Positions 45,278 to 56,478 of a DNA stretch of 63,831 bases are shown in pieces (within the stretch, counting starts at the first letter, position 1; each line of letters starts with the position of its first letter). This stretch comes from an uncultured virus (IMG/VR IMGVR_UViG_3300024999_000046) (Duplodnaviria > Heunggongvirae > Uroviricota > Caudoviricetes). The stretch lies in the IMG/VR virus record IMGVR_UViG_3300024999_000046, one strand, 5' to 3'. Below the pieces are notes generated by a model. That model was not told where the DNA came from. It saw nothing but the letters and a program-made list of their open reading frames with translations, and made no database searches. A program made the position numbers and the translations under genes.

Positions 45278-47272
45278 TTATTTAATATATTGCATGAGAA
45301 ATTCCTCACTCACACATTTAACTCCATCGGCAATCGCCTTGTCGGCCTTACCACTTTTACTCATATCTCCACCGCATACGAGCATGTCTAAGCTCTTTTT
45401 ATAACCACTTGATAGGATTGCTCCAAGTGCTTCTACTTTGACCTTTAGATCATCTTTTTTGAGGGCAAACTTACCTGTTAGGTAAATTGTTTTTCCTTTA
45501 AATGGATTTTCTTCCACGTTTAACACTTCCTTCTTTTCTTCTTTAATGATATTCAATAAACATAATAAATCAACTGTTTGTAGATATTTTTTATCATCCA
45601 TAAAATAGTTATAAACGTTTTCTGCCGTAATAGGGCCAAAATCCTCAACTTTCAATAATTCTTTTATGTCTGCTGTCATAATTTGAACAATATCGTTATT
45701 GAAATGCTTACATAAATCTTTACTACCTCCTAATCCAACTCCTTCTATACCAAGACCATATACAAACGCATCTAATTTAGCTTTTTTACAGTTTTCAATT
45801 GCTTGAATCAGGTTGTTATATTTCTTAATTCCAAACTTGGGTAACTTAACAATCTTATCCTTCTTACTTTCCAAACTAAACAAATCCAAAACATTATTAA
45901 TGATTCCATTCTCAACAAATAAAGATGCTGTTTGCTCACTGAATCCATCAATATTCATTGCCTGTAAAGTTCCAAAGTGAGATATAGATTTTACAATTTG
46001 TGCTTGACAATTCAATGAATTCCTACAGAAGTAATGAACTCCATCTTGAACTAATTCACTTCCACATGATTGACAATGTGTAGGCATTTTAATCTCTGGC
46101 ATATCATCTATAACACTATCTTTTACAACTCCTAATATCTCAGGGATAACGTCATTAGACTTTCTCAAAAATACTGTTGCTCCAATTTTTACACCTTTGC
46201 GTTTAATATCATCCATACTATTTAATGTTGCATAACTAACAGTAGATCCCATTAAATCTACAGGCTCTAAAGTTCCTCTAGGAGTTACTTTTCCAGTTCT
46301 TCCAGTTCTAAATTCAATATCTAATAATTCAGTAGTTGCTTCTTCTGAAAAATATTTATATGCGATTGCCCAATTAGGGAATTTCGTAGCAAATCCCATC
46401 ATTTCTCTTGTTTTGATATCATTGATACTTACTATTACTCCATCAATTTCATAATCTAAATTAGGTCTAAGTTCTTCGATTAAAGCAATTTTCTCCTTAA
46501 CTTCTTCAATTGTATTACATAGATAATAATCTTGATCAACTGGTAATCCCATTTTAATAATAAACTCCATCATTTCCATGTAAGTATTGAATTTTAATCC
46601 TTCACTGTATCCAATATCATAAAAGAAAGCATCTAGATTTTTGTTTGCTGTTTCTTTAGCATCTAGATTTTTAATTGCTCCTGATGCTCCATTTCTTACA
46701 TTTTTCAAAGGAATTTTAGCAGTTTCATTATACTTATCGAATACACTTTTCTTCATATATGCTTCACCATGAACTTCTAATAAAATGTCACTATCAATAC
46801 TTAAAGGAATTGATTTGATTGTTTTTACTTGTGCTGTAACTAATTCACCTTTGATTCCACCAGTTCCTCTTGTTGCAGAAGATAATAATACGCCTTTGTA
46901 TGTATTATTGATTGACAGACCGTCAAACTTTTTCTCAATAACATATTGAATAGCAGGTAAATTATTTTGCTTTACAAAAGATAACATTTTATTATGCCAA
47001 ATATCAAGTTCTTCTTCATTTTGCGCTTTGTCCATTGAATAAAGTCTAGATTTGTGCTCATGTTTTTCAAATTTGTCTAATACAATATCTCCAATTCTTT
47101 GTGTCGGACTGTCAGGCAATATGTAATTTAATTTCGCTTCCAAGGCTTCTAACTTTCGATATAAGACATCATATTCTGTATTTGTTATACTTGTGTCGCT
47201 GAGAGTGTAATACTCGTAAGAGTGCTTGTTTAACTTTTTTACTAATTCTTGCATTTGAATTTTTTCATCCAT
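45278..47272 (-). CDS. ligA: NAD-dependent DNA ligase
   Basis: KFDGLS, EVHGE, DGVIV, AIAYK, GRTG, VIP, Zn finger, BRCT. Confidence 0.95.
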   Translation of the reverse strand: MDEKIQMQELVKKLNKHSYEYYTLSDTSITNTEYDVLYRKLEALEAKLNYILPDSPTQRIGDIVLDKFEKHEHKSRLYSMDKAQNEEELDIWHNKMLSFVKQNNLPAIQYVIEKKFDGLSINNTYKGVLLSSATRGTGGIKGELVTAQVKTIKSIPLSIDSDILLEVHGEAYMKKSVFDKYNETAKIPLKNVRNGASGAIKNLDAKETANKNLDAFFYDIGYSEGLKFNTYMEMMEFIIKMGLPVDQDYYLCNTIEEVKEKIALIEELRPNLDYEIDGVIVSINDIKTREMMGFATKFPNWAIAYKYFSEEATTELLDIEFRTGRTGKVTPRGTLEPVDLMGSTVSYATLNSMDDIKRKGVKIGATVFLRKSNDVIPEILGVVKDSVIDDMPEIKMPTHCQSCGSELVQDGVHYFCRNSLNCQAQIVKSISHFGTLQAMNIDGFSEQTASLFVENGIINNVLDLFSLESKKDKIVKLPKFGIKKYNNLIQAIENCKKAKLDAFVYGLGIEGVGLGGSKDLCKHFNNDIVQIMTADIKELLKVEDFGPITAENVYNYFMDDKKYLQTVDLLCLLNIIKEEKKEVLNVEENPFKGKTIYLTGKFALKKDDLKVKVEALGAILSSGYKKSLDMLVCGGDMSKSGKADKAIADGVKCVSEEFLMQYIK

Positions 47273-47320
47273 TTCTTTATTCCTTCTTTCTTAAAATATA
47301 GACATTATTTGTCTTACCTA

Positions 47321-47349
47321 ATTATGCCACAAATAATGTCAGATGTCAA
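47321..47349 (-). promoter_or_regulatory. SigA-type promoter for ligA
   Basis: TTGACA-17-CATAAT with TG. Confidence 0.7.
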
Positions 47350-47952
47350 ATATTTATTTTATAATTTATACAAACATAATACTAAACTAATTCTACACTC
47401 AATTTTAATATTATTTGCTCACTCCAATTATGGTCACATTCTCTACATGCCAAATATAATCCTATTGGCGTATTTACATCGGGATAACTTAAATAATTTT
47501 CCCATAAATATTCATATCCACACTCAGGACAAATAACATTAATCTGTACTTCTGGAAGATAGAATCTTTTGACTTCTATTTCTCCTTTTGGTTGGCCTAA
47601 TATTTCTATAGACATATTTATTCTCCTTTCACTTAGAATGAAATCACAAACTTATTCTAGTTTACAATTTTATTAATTTCTAAATATTTCCCTTTCGTTT
47701 CTAAAGCATATTCTAATTTCTTTTCTAATTCAATTGAATATTGGACATTATCTAAATACAAAGTTAATAATTGATTAACTGTATAAGGTGTAGCAAATCC
47801 AGTTCTTTCTACATTATCTTTTACTTGAAACACAAATTTATTTACTTTCTCTAGGTAGTTACTCATAATATATCTTACTCCTTCCGTTAAAACTTCTCTT
47901 TCATGCTATTTATCTAATTCTAAACCCCTTATATACCAAGGATTTCAAGGTT

Positions 47953-48075
47953 TTACTTTAACCAATAATACAATATAAACCAACCTGGAGGAGTTAGAAA
48001 CAATATAACCGCAAGTAATGCAATTATTTGTATAATATCAGTCCATATTTTATAAAGAAATTGCCAACAATTCAA
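47953..48075 (-). CDS. 40-aa membrane peptide
   Basis: Manual: MNCWQFLYKIWTDIIQIIALLAVILFLTPPGWFILYYWLK; TTG start after GGAG. Confidence 0.5.
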   Translation of the reverse strand: MNCWQFLYKIWTDIIQIIALLAVILFLTPPGWFILYYWLK

Positions 48076-48528
48076 TAGTTTTCACTCTCCATATCTTCAT
48101 CTGATATTTTCCTAACTTCAACTTCAAAACCTAATATTTCTAATAACTTAATCCATGCTCCATTAGGAATTGAATGTCCTTCATGTTTGAAATCTTCACC
48201 TAAATTCATTCTTAATACTTCCCAATCTCCAGATTCAGGGAAGATTAATTCAATTAATGGTTTGCTCATTTATTATTCCTCCATTTCCTCAATTTCATCT
48301 GCACTAATTTTTAAAATATATTTAGTTTCTTTAAATTGACTTCCATTCACTAACCAACATAATTGTCTTGCATGAGTTTCTGTCACAAAATCAGCAATAA
48401 ATGTGTCATTAGAATCATAAAGTGACCATTCTTCATACATTTCATCAAAAACCATTTTGATTGGTGGAAGCAAATTTTTGCTTTTGTCCAACATTTATTC
48501 ATCCTCCTTTCAAATTCTGATTTTATAG

Positions 48529-49263
48529 TTAATCATCTATAAGAGTTTTATTTTTAATCATTTCTAATCTATTTTTAGCGTATTGAATCATATAATTCAG
48601 CCGTTCGGTTTCCCTTTTATAAAACTCTTGTAGTTCATCTACAACTATAATTTCACCATTTCTTTCCTCATACCTATCACACATAAAACATTCACTAGAT
48701 ATATTTAATCCACATTTACCTTCCCCATCACCAAACGCACTTCTAAAACATTTTGATCCTTTAGACCCATCACCATATACTTTTAATTTTACATTTCTGC
48801 AAAGTGGAAACCTATCATTATATGCTTTAATTTCTTGTGGAGAATACATTCCATATTCTTTACATTTTTCATGAGGAAGAATATCTAACTTATAATTAAT
48901 CCAATCTTGTGATTCCATATTATAATGAGCACAAGCACCATATGAATAATGATTATAAAATAACTCTTGTCCTGCTAACGGCATTTGTTTTACAAATTGA
49001 TAAATTTCTTTTTCATATTCATACCATTCACCATTCATATCATATGATCCATACTTATCATGATTTCCGCATACTTTAAATTTCCACCATTCAGAATTAG
49101 TAAGTTTTAAACATTCATCGCATAAATCAATTTGAGTTGAAAAATTATCAAAACTACTTCCCCATCCTAATGATCTTATATTTATATTATGTACTTCTGT
49201 TTCCTTTAAGCAATTACAACAAGTATTACCAATATTAGTGATTGCAATATTTTTATTATTCAT
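48529..49263 (-). CDS. Cys-rich hypothetical protein
   Basis: ORF track; CCNC, 'GWGSSFD', LCDEC. Confidence 0.65.
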   Translation of the reverse strand: MNNKNIAITNIGNTCCNCLKETEVHNINIRSLGWGSSFDNFSTQIDLCDECLKLTNSEWWKFKVCGNHDKYGSYDMNGEWYEYEKEIYQFVKQMPLAGQELFYNHYSYGACAHYNMESQDWINYKLDILPHEKCKEYGMYSPQEIKAYNDRFPLCRNVKLKVYGDGSKGSKCFRSAFGDGEGKCGLNISSECFMCDRYEERNGEIIVVDELQEFYKRETERLNYMIQYAKNRLEMIKNKTLIDD

Positions 49264-50507
49264 TAATCAACCTCACTTTATATTTTATTATTTATTGATG
49301 GCAGCATGAATTACATTTTTCGAGGGGTACTAAACATCCAAATTATTTGACCAATCAATATCATTCCAATTACCTTCTCCTCCTATTTCTAAAATATCTT
49401 CGAATAATTTACACCTTCTAATTAGATCATCTCTAACTTCTTGAATTTTCTCAAGCAATTTACATTCTATATTTATATTTATTTTATATGTTGAATTTAA
49501 AGTAGTTATTTCTGAACATATGGGATATAAATAATCTGTACAATAACCACTACATTTTTTACCTATACATTTCATTTTAATCCTCCTCTAACGGGCAGTC
49601 GCCATCCCTAGAATCAGAATATAGACCAATCCATTCTGAACCAGTTACAGAACCTTTAATTTTACAATATTCTCCTTCATGTAAAGTACATGGACTACAA
49701 TCTATAGGTAATTTATCAACAATCACTTTAGATATTTTTATTACATTTATCTTTTCTTCCTCGACATCAACCCATATATTTTTACCATTTACAAGAGATT
49801 TACAATTGAAACAATAAAACTCGCAACTATTTTCATCGTCTGTTTCAATGGAAAGAACATATTTTTGCTCACCTTCGTCATAATGCTTAATTGTTTCCTC
49901 GTCCCATAATTTAGCATTTCCATACTCGTTACATTCTGGACACCTATATTGTTTTGCATAACTCAATATTATTTACCTCCTTAATTTTAATCCTTCACCT
50001 TAAACAAATATAGAATCCCATCCCTAATCGTCATTCCATTTTCTAAAGAATATTTAATAATCATGTCTTCATTCGCTTTCATAAACTCAAATACCTCTTC
50101 CTCATCTTCATACCAATATTCAGAATCTTGCCAATTATAAGGATTTAATTTAATCATTTTAGCTCATCTTTATTCTTCGCATGATAAACAATTACTTTAT
50201 CCAAAATACAATTATATTCTCTCAATTGTTTTTCCATTTGCAATATTTTATCTGGTAAAGGACATTCTGGATTCTCACCAAAGATAAATGTTTCTAATTC
50301 ATGACAAAATCCTGTATTTACTGACATGAACGGCATTCTACAATTTTCTCTAATACATTTCATAATTTGTTTTGCTCCTTTGTGTATAATAATTGATTAA
50401 TTGGATATTATAATTTTGTTAACTAAATTCGCTCGTCCTACATCCATACCTTGCTTTTACGAGCAGGGTCTTTTTAATTAGAAGTATAGAAAGTAAGGAG
50501 TAACACT

Positions 50508-50600
50508 ATGAGTTTTAGGAAAATTGTGATTGTAATCTTAGGTTTGATAATTGTTGCCACTCCATTTATAGGCATGTTGATTTATTACTTGACTAAATAA
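50508..50600 (+). CDS. 30-aa hydrophobic membrane peptide on the counter strand
   Basis: MSFRKIVIVILGLIIVATPFIGMLIYYLTK; SD TAAGGAG; upstream TG-TATAAT at about 50383-50390. Confidence 0.65.
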   Translation: MSFRKIVIVILGLIIVATPFIGMLIYYLTK

Positions 50601-51038
50601 CCGCCTTTATAGTTTCACATATTCATAAATTCTACCATAGAAACTTTTACAGGGAATCTCATATTCCATACTTTTTCTTTCAACTCTTTAATTTTACCTT
50701 GTTTTAATAATCCTTGATAATATTCATCTTCTTCTTTACAAGTCACATATCCACCAATAAAACAAGGAGTAAAACCTAACTCAATTTTTATTTGATTACT
50801 AATTCCATAGACACCGCATTCACCCATGTATTCTTCAAAACTACAAGTTCCATAACACATAATTATTTACCTCCTAGTTACAGTAATCCACTTCTAACCG
50901 CTTTATCATATCCACTACTAATATATTCTGGTTCTTTTCTTTGAATTGTTTCTTTATAACCAAAACCACAATGAGGGCACCAATTATTGTCATATGCATG
51001 TTTAACTTCTGGTTTAATATTGAATCCACATGATAGAC

Positions 51039-51215
51039 TTATTTAATATTATCTCTAATCCACTCTAACCATTTGTCATCTTCAGGAAAGAATACATCTC
51101 TATTCCCTGATTTATTAAGATTATAAATTAATTGGCCTAGTCTTAGGTCTGGACTTTGTTTCCAGCACTCTCTTAATGCTTCAATGATTTCATCAATTCT
51201 ATTGGGGTCTCTCAT
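51039..51215 (-). CDS. 58-aa phage protein (MRDPxRID...PDLRLGQL family)
   Basis: Manual: MRDPNRIDEIIEALRECWKQSPDLRLGQLIYNL... Confidence 0.65.
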   Translation of the reverse strand: MRDPNRIDEIIEALRECWKQSPDLRLGQLIYNLNKSGNRDVFFPEDDKWLEWIRDNIK

Positions 51216-52059
51216 TTATTTCATCCTTCCTTCTACAATTTCCAATCAGAAATTTTATCTCTAACCATATCTTTTAATCTTTCATGTACCATATAATTTA
51301 CTTCTCCATCATCTACAAGTTGATATCTCACACTTTCTGCAATTGCTTCTGGCAACAGTTTATCAATTTCCATTTCAATTATTTTTTGAATATTTTCATT
51401 AGACATTTTATTTTTAATAATATCTTTGATGATTTGCTCTAATCCTTTTTCTTGAATTATAGTTTCAATTTCATCTTTGATAATTTGTGTTAACATTTTA
51501 TTTCCTTCTTTTCAATTATTATTTAAATACTTTCATTTTCTTTAGTTAACCAAGCAATTTCCATATCTAAATATTCTTCTTCTGGGACAATATAATAAAA
51601 TTTCTTACCTAATTTTTCTGGTGTTCTATTTTTACTTTCTGCTTTTAATATTAAAATATCTTGATAAAATTTAGATGATAGAAACATTCCTCCAATACCA
51701 ATACATAATCCGATGGCAATCCCCTCTAATATCATATAATTACTCCCTTATTCCATTTAAAAATAGTCATTTGTTTGGGTTATAATTATACATTGATTTT
51801 AAGTTTTCTATTTCTTCTTCTAATCTAATATTATTTACTTTATCATAATCTACTTTTGGAAAACTAGATTGAATTTCATTAATTTGTTTTTCTAATTCAT
51901 CTAATTTCGGATGTAATTTTAATTCTTCTTTTGCGTCATCACAATCACAAATGTATAAATTATAACAACCTTCACCATGAGATAAGGGATATAATTCTTT
52001 ATGACAGTAAGAACATCTTGTAGAGAGATATCCAGAAAAATTTTGAGTATTTCTTGTCA

Positions 52060-52492
52060 TTACTTCACCAACTCCTTTCTAACAATTTCACTAGCAATTT
52101 TACCATCATAAGTACCACCATAGGAGTTCTTCAGTACAGACATAACTTTACCAATTTGCACTTCTGAATTAATATCTTTCAATGCATCAATAATATCTCT
52201 AACAACACTTTCTAACTCCTCTCTACTCATTTTCTGAGGTAAATACTTACTCAAAACTTTAATCTCATTATCAACATTACTTGCATCTTTATTGTTTTTC
52301 AAAAGAATTGTTTGAATTTCATTTGCACCTTTAATAAATTTCTCAATGACTTGCAATACTTCTTGGTCTGTAGATTCTCTGTTTCCAAGGTTCTTACCTA
52401 TCATAGAGGCTTCAGAATATAGTGTGGTTAATAAAAGTTTGTCGAGCCTTACGAGCGATAAGAGCATCTGATTTAATTTGATTGATTAACAT
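52060..52492 (-). pseudogene. Frameshifted GatB/YqeY-family gene
   Basis: ATG at 52492 gives MLINQIKSDALIARKAR, out of frame with LLTTLYSEA...EIKVLSKYLPQ...GKVM..LK..YGG.YDGK. Confidence 0.75.
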
Positions 52493-52533
52493 TTATTTAT
52501 TTTCCTTCTTTCTTTCATTTAAAATCTAATCGT

Positions 52534-54375
52534 TTAAATTGAACTTCCTAAAATACTCAATATTGTATTCATATAGTCATCTTTATTTTTATGCTCTAAG
52601 AGTCTAAGTTCTTCAACAATATTATAAAGATTTCCCAAAATAAATTTATAATCATTAATATCCAAATTGACTTCTAAATCATCTCTTAAATTAGTCTGAT
52701 CAATAATTTTCCTATCAACATAAACTTTATTTGCTTCAATATTTCTAATTACGAATACATTATCTTCAACAATTTGAGTATTAATATCTAAACTTTCTAC
52801 CTTTATATTCTTTGTAACGGATAAACTGCCTATTACAAAAGCATTATAAGATAGTCCTACAATCCTACTTATCATATCAAATAGCATTAATGCCCTATGT
52901 TCTTTAATATTTAACGATGTATCTGATAACACTCCAGTTATTATTACATCTTCAATTAGTTCTGAAATATGTAATACATTATCAGAATCTTTCATGTTTT
53001 TAAGAATTTCTTCCTCAATTTTATTTCTTGCAATAATTATTTTTAAATTATAATGTTTTACTATATTGAGTTTATATTCATATTTCTCAACTTCTGAAAA
53101 TCCAATATAGAATACTGGCTGATCATTGTTTAGAATAATCTCTCCTTGTTTTACAGTTGTTTCATTATCCTTAATCTCTGGTTTTTCTACATATCCATCA
53201 GAATAAGAACTCCTACCTTGATGTACTATAATTCCTTTTGCTTTTGGAGGTTGAGTTTTAATTTTAGCATCAATAGTTACTTCTTCAAAATTAGATTCAT
53301 TTTGTTGATTTGATTCTTTTCTTAAATGTAATTCATAATCTTTAAAATTATTAATTCCTTTATTTTTGCCTTTTGCTATGGCAACACCCCTTAAATATTC
53401 TAAGTCCTTTTCATCACTACTTTTAAATGTAAGGAATTTAATCATATTTTTAATTTCTTTCTTGTTTACATAATAACTAATTGCACTTGTAAATTCATTA
53501 ATTTCATCTTCGTCACCTTCAAGCATTGTTTCTGCACATAGTTTTTCAGCATAAGTCTTAACTATATTTCTAAAATCATAAAATTTACTATCCTTAATAA
53601 CATCTTTTCTGTCTGGTGAAGTTAAATTTAATGCTTTATCACTAATATGTAAGTCTCCTTTAAGATAAGGTGTGCTTTCTAGTTTAGTTACTAATCTTCC
53701 TTTATAAAAGATGTTTAAATTATCTCCCCATCCATAATTATTGTTGAGTGCAATCCAACCTTTAAAACTTTCTGCGTCTTCTATAGGTAATTTATAGATA
53801 CTGTCATCACCTTGAGTTAAATCCTTTTTCTCCTGTAGATCATCATTATAATAAATATCTAACTCATGAATATATCTTCCCAATAATCTTGCTCTTTCTT
53901 GAATATCAGATGAAGAAGCCACATTAAAATCAAAATTATTTAATACAAGTTTAAATCCCTCATAATGTCCTTTGATCTCTTCAACTTTAATTTCAGTATC
54001 ATTTGTTTGAATCATATTTTCAACATCAAATGTAATTAATTTATTTCCTGTATATATTTGAATGAAATTACTAACTGTAATATTACTAAAGAAACCCATG
54101 CCGAAGGGATTTTCAGTTGATTTAATATCATCATCCCATTCACTTTCAGCAATAGAAAATAGGGCTTGAGGTTTAGTTAAGATTTGTCCATTGTTTTCAA
54201 TAATTACTGTTTTTTCATAATAATCTACTGTTATTTTAACCTCCGTTGCCTTTGCTCTTTGAGCATTTTGAATATCTTCATCAAGAAAACATAGGGTATC
54301 TTTAAATGTACTTTGACGAAGTAATTTTAATTGATTAATTACATTGACCTGTAATTGTACTTTGTTTTCACTCAT
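52534..54375 (-). CDS. GHKL (HSP90/MORC-like) ATPase domain protein
   Basis: E.IQNAQRA, IENNG, FGMGFFS; 'LTSPDRKD' in the S5-like region. Confidence 0.75.
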   Translation of the reverse strand: MSENKVQLQVNVINQLKLLRQSTFKDTLCFLDEDIQNAQRAKATEVKITVDYYEKTVIIENNGQILTKPQALFSIAESEWDDDIKSTENPFGMGFFSNITVSNFIQIYTGNKLITFDVENMIQTNDTEIKVEEIKGHYEGFKLVLNNFDFNVASSSDIQERARLLGRYIHELDIYYNDDLQEKKDLTQGDDSIYKLPIEDAESFKGWIALNNNYGWGDNLNIFYKGRLVTKLESTPYLKGDLHISDKALNLTSPDRKDVIKDSKFYDFRNIVKTYAEKLCAETMLEGDEDEINEFTSAISYYVNKKEIKNMIKFLTFKSSDEKDLEYLRGVAIAKGKNKGINNFKDYELHLRKESNQQNESNFEEVTIDAKIKTQPPKAKGIIVHQGRSSYSDGYVEKPEIKDNETTVKQGEIILNNDQPVFYIGFSEVEKYEYKLNIVKHYNLKIIIARNKIEEEILKNMKDSDNVLHISELIEDVIITGVLSDTSLNIKEHRALMLFDMISRIVGLSYNAFVIGSLSVTKNIKVESLDINTQIVEDNVFVIRNIEANKVYVDRKIIDQTNLRDDLEVNLDINDYKFILGNLYNIVEELRLLEHKNKDDYMNTILSILGSSI

Positions 54376-54776
54376 TTTATTAATCTCCTTCTTATTTTAC
54401 TTATTTATATAAATATCCAATTCTACTGCAACAAATCAACCAATACTAGCCTATGTTTTAAAATAAAATCTAAAATATCTTGATAATAAATATCTTCTGG
54501 ACAATTTTCACTAACAAATTTAAGTAATTCTTTATCAATATCTTCGATAATTTCATATTCACCCTTATAAACTTTTGCATATCCGCTTTCATCTCCAAAA
54601 TCTACTCCAATAGAACCATCATCATATACTCTATCATCTTCAACAGTATAAATCTTCCCAATATACTTACTAATATCTGAGGCATTACTACTAGATGGAG
54701 CATTTGCGATAATTTTTACTTTCATTATTTTCTCTCCTTTATTATTTAATATCAATTTCACTTAAATTATGGTTTA

Positions 54777-55247
54777 TTACTTTACTAATTTAAAAGGATT
54801 AGTATGTAATGGCTTTCTATCCTCTACAGCATCATAAAACTCTTCATATTCCTCATACTCTTCATATTCCTGATTTTCATTATATTCACCATAATAACTT
54901 TTCCAAGGATTATCATCATAGTTCCATTCCCCACTAATTTTCCACTCTTCAAATAAAGATTGGTGTAATTCATGGTCTGAAATAAAAGCTGGAACATATG
55001 CTTTTTCACCCATAAAATTATCAGGCACTATTAAAAATTCTTTTACTATTTTTTCCAAACATGTTTCACACAATGTCACATCCCATGGATATTCATATTT
55101 ACTTGCTTGATTAAATTCAATATGAAAAGATTGAGTTGTGTCATTATGATTTGATTCAAACCATATTCCACATTTATGACACTGAGTAGCCACTACCTCA
55201 TCTACTTCTTTTGTTACTTTTTTAGTGATTCTCATATTAATCTTCAC
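54777..55247 (-). CDS. Hypothetical protein with CxxC pairs and EEY repeat
   Basis: ORF track. Confidence 0.6.
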   Translation of the reverse strand: MKINMRITKKVTKEVDEVVATQCHKCGIWFESNHNDTTQSFHIEFNQASKYEYPWDVTLCETCLEKIVKEFLIVPDNFMGEKAYVPAFISDHELHQSLFEEWKISGEWNYDDNPWKSYYGEYNENQEYEEYEEYEEFYDAVEDRKPLHTNPFKLVK

Positions 55248-55730
55248 ACTCTTTCCTAATTATTTTCTTTAAAGATTATACGAATAAGAATTATAAATTA
55301 AGGGTGTATTGGAAAGTTTTATGAAAATATTTTATGTATCCTCAGTGATATAATTTCTCACTTTTAAATTCCACCATAAGACATGTATCTAAGTCAATAA
55401 TCTCATATTTTTTATTTCGTCCGTGTTTTACTAACATCTCCTTTTGTAATTTCTTTAAAACTTTTAACTTGTCAAAGAAATCTTTATATGGTTCCACAAT
55501 ACAATCCCTCATTGCTAAACTACTCATAATTTTAACAACTCCTTAAATTTTATTTTTATATTTACTAATTTGTTCACATGATATGCAAATCATTAAAAAT
55601 AGTTACCTTTTTCATAAATTTTATCAAAATAAGCATTTAAAATCGTGTTTCTATTGGGTCAATCAGATTGGGTAGTAAATAGAAGTATGAGTGAGATATA
55701 TAGAGAATGAGAGAGGTAAAATGGGGTATT

Positions 55731-56423
55731 TTACAATAAAGTATGATTTTTGATTAATAAATTCTTATTCTTTGATATTAAACGGTCATATTCTCTACTA
55801 GTCCTGCCTGTTTGCTTAATTGTCTTTTCATAACCATATAATCCTAGTTGCAAGCTATTTTCTATCCTGACTTCTAAAGAATGTTCATCCGTAATTCCTT
55901 GTGTTTTCCAGTAATCTTGGAGATAAACAATATTGCCTATTCCAGCCCTTATATTGTGATCTTGATTCCATACATCGAAAAATGTATTCTTAGGCAAAGA
56001 ACAATACTTTATAGCTCTCTCACGATGCGTAGGAATAAATCTATTGTTGAGTTGGAATAATCCCATGTCTATTGAATGGTTAGTATTATGATTTATTGCT
56101 TTTGGATTAAATCTACTTTCCTGATACATAATTGATAAAACCATATCATAAGATAAATTATTTTTTACACAAAGTTCATAAACAAGATTTTGATATTTTT
56201 CAGATAATGCAATTTCATAATTTGGTTTTATATTTGTTTCATTAATTAGAATATTTATCTCTTTCGGTAATATGTATACCTCTCTAAATTTTTCAAGAAT
56301 ATTTGAATTAGTAATGTTTATATGGTTTATGCTTGATAAATCTTTTGGATTTTCCTTAATGATAACCCCTTGACTAATTACTAAAGAACACAATACCATT
56401 GGAACAATAAATTTCATCCTCAT
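55731..56423 (-). CDS. Lytic transglycosylase (SLT domain) with N-terminal signal/anchor
   Basis: IMYQESRFNPKA, DMGLFQLN, NIRAG. Confidence 0.8.
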   Translation of the reverse strand: MRMKFIVPMVLCSLVISQGVIIKENPKDLSSINHINITNSNILEKFREVYILPKEINILINETNIKPNYEIALSEKYQNLVYELCVKNNLSYDMVLSIMYQESRFNPKAINHNTNHSIDMGLFQLNNRFIPTHRERAIKYCSLPKNTFFDVWNQDHNIRAGIGNIVYLQDYWKTQGITDEHSLEVRIENSLQLGLYGYEKTIKQTGRTSREYDRLISKNKNLLIKNHTLL

Positions 56424-56478
56424 CTAAACACTCTTTTCTAAATATTATTTTAAGATTTAACAACTAGGAGGAAGGGGT

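Noticed and set aside
54839..54872. 18-bp tandem repeat
   Set aside because: Simply encodes the EEY low-complexity tract; not a CRISPR or regulatory repeat
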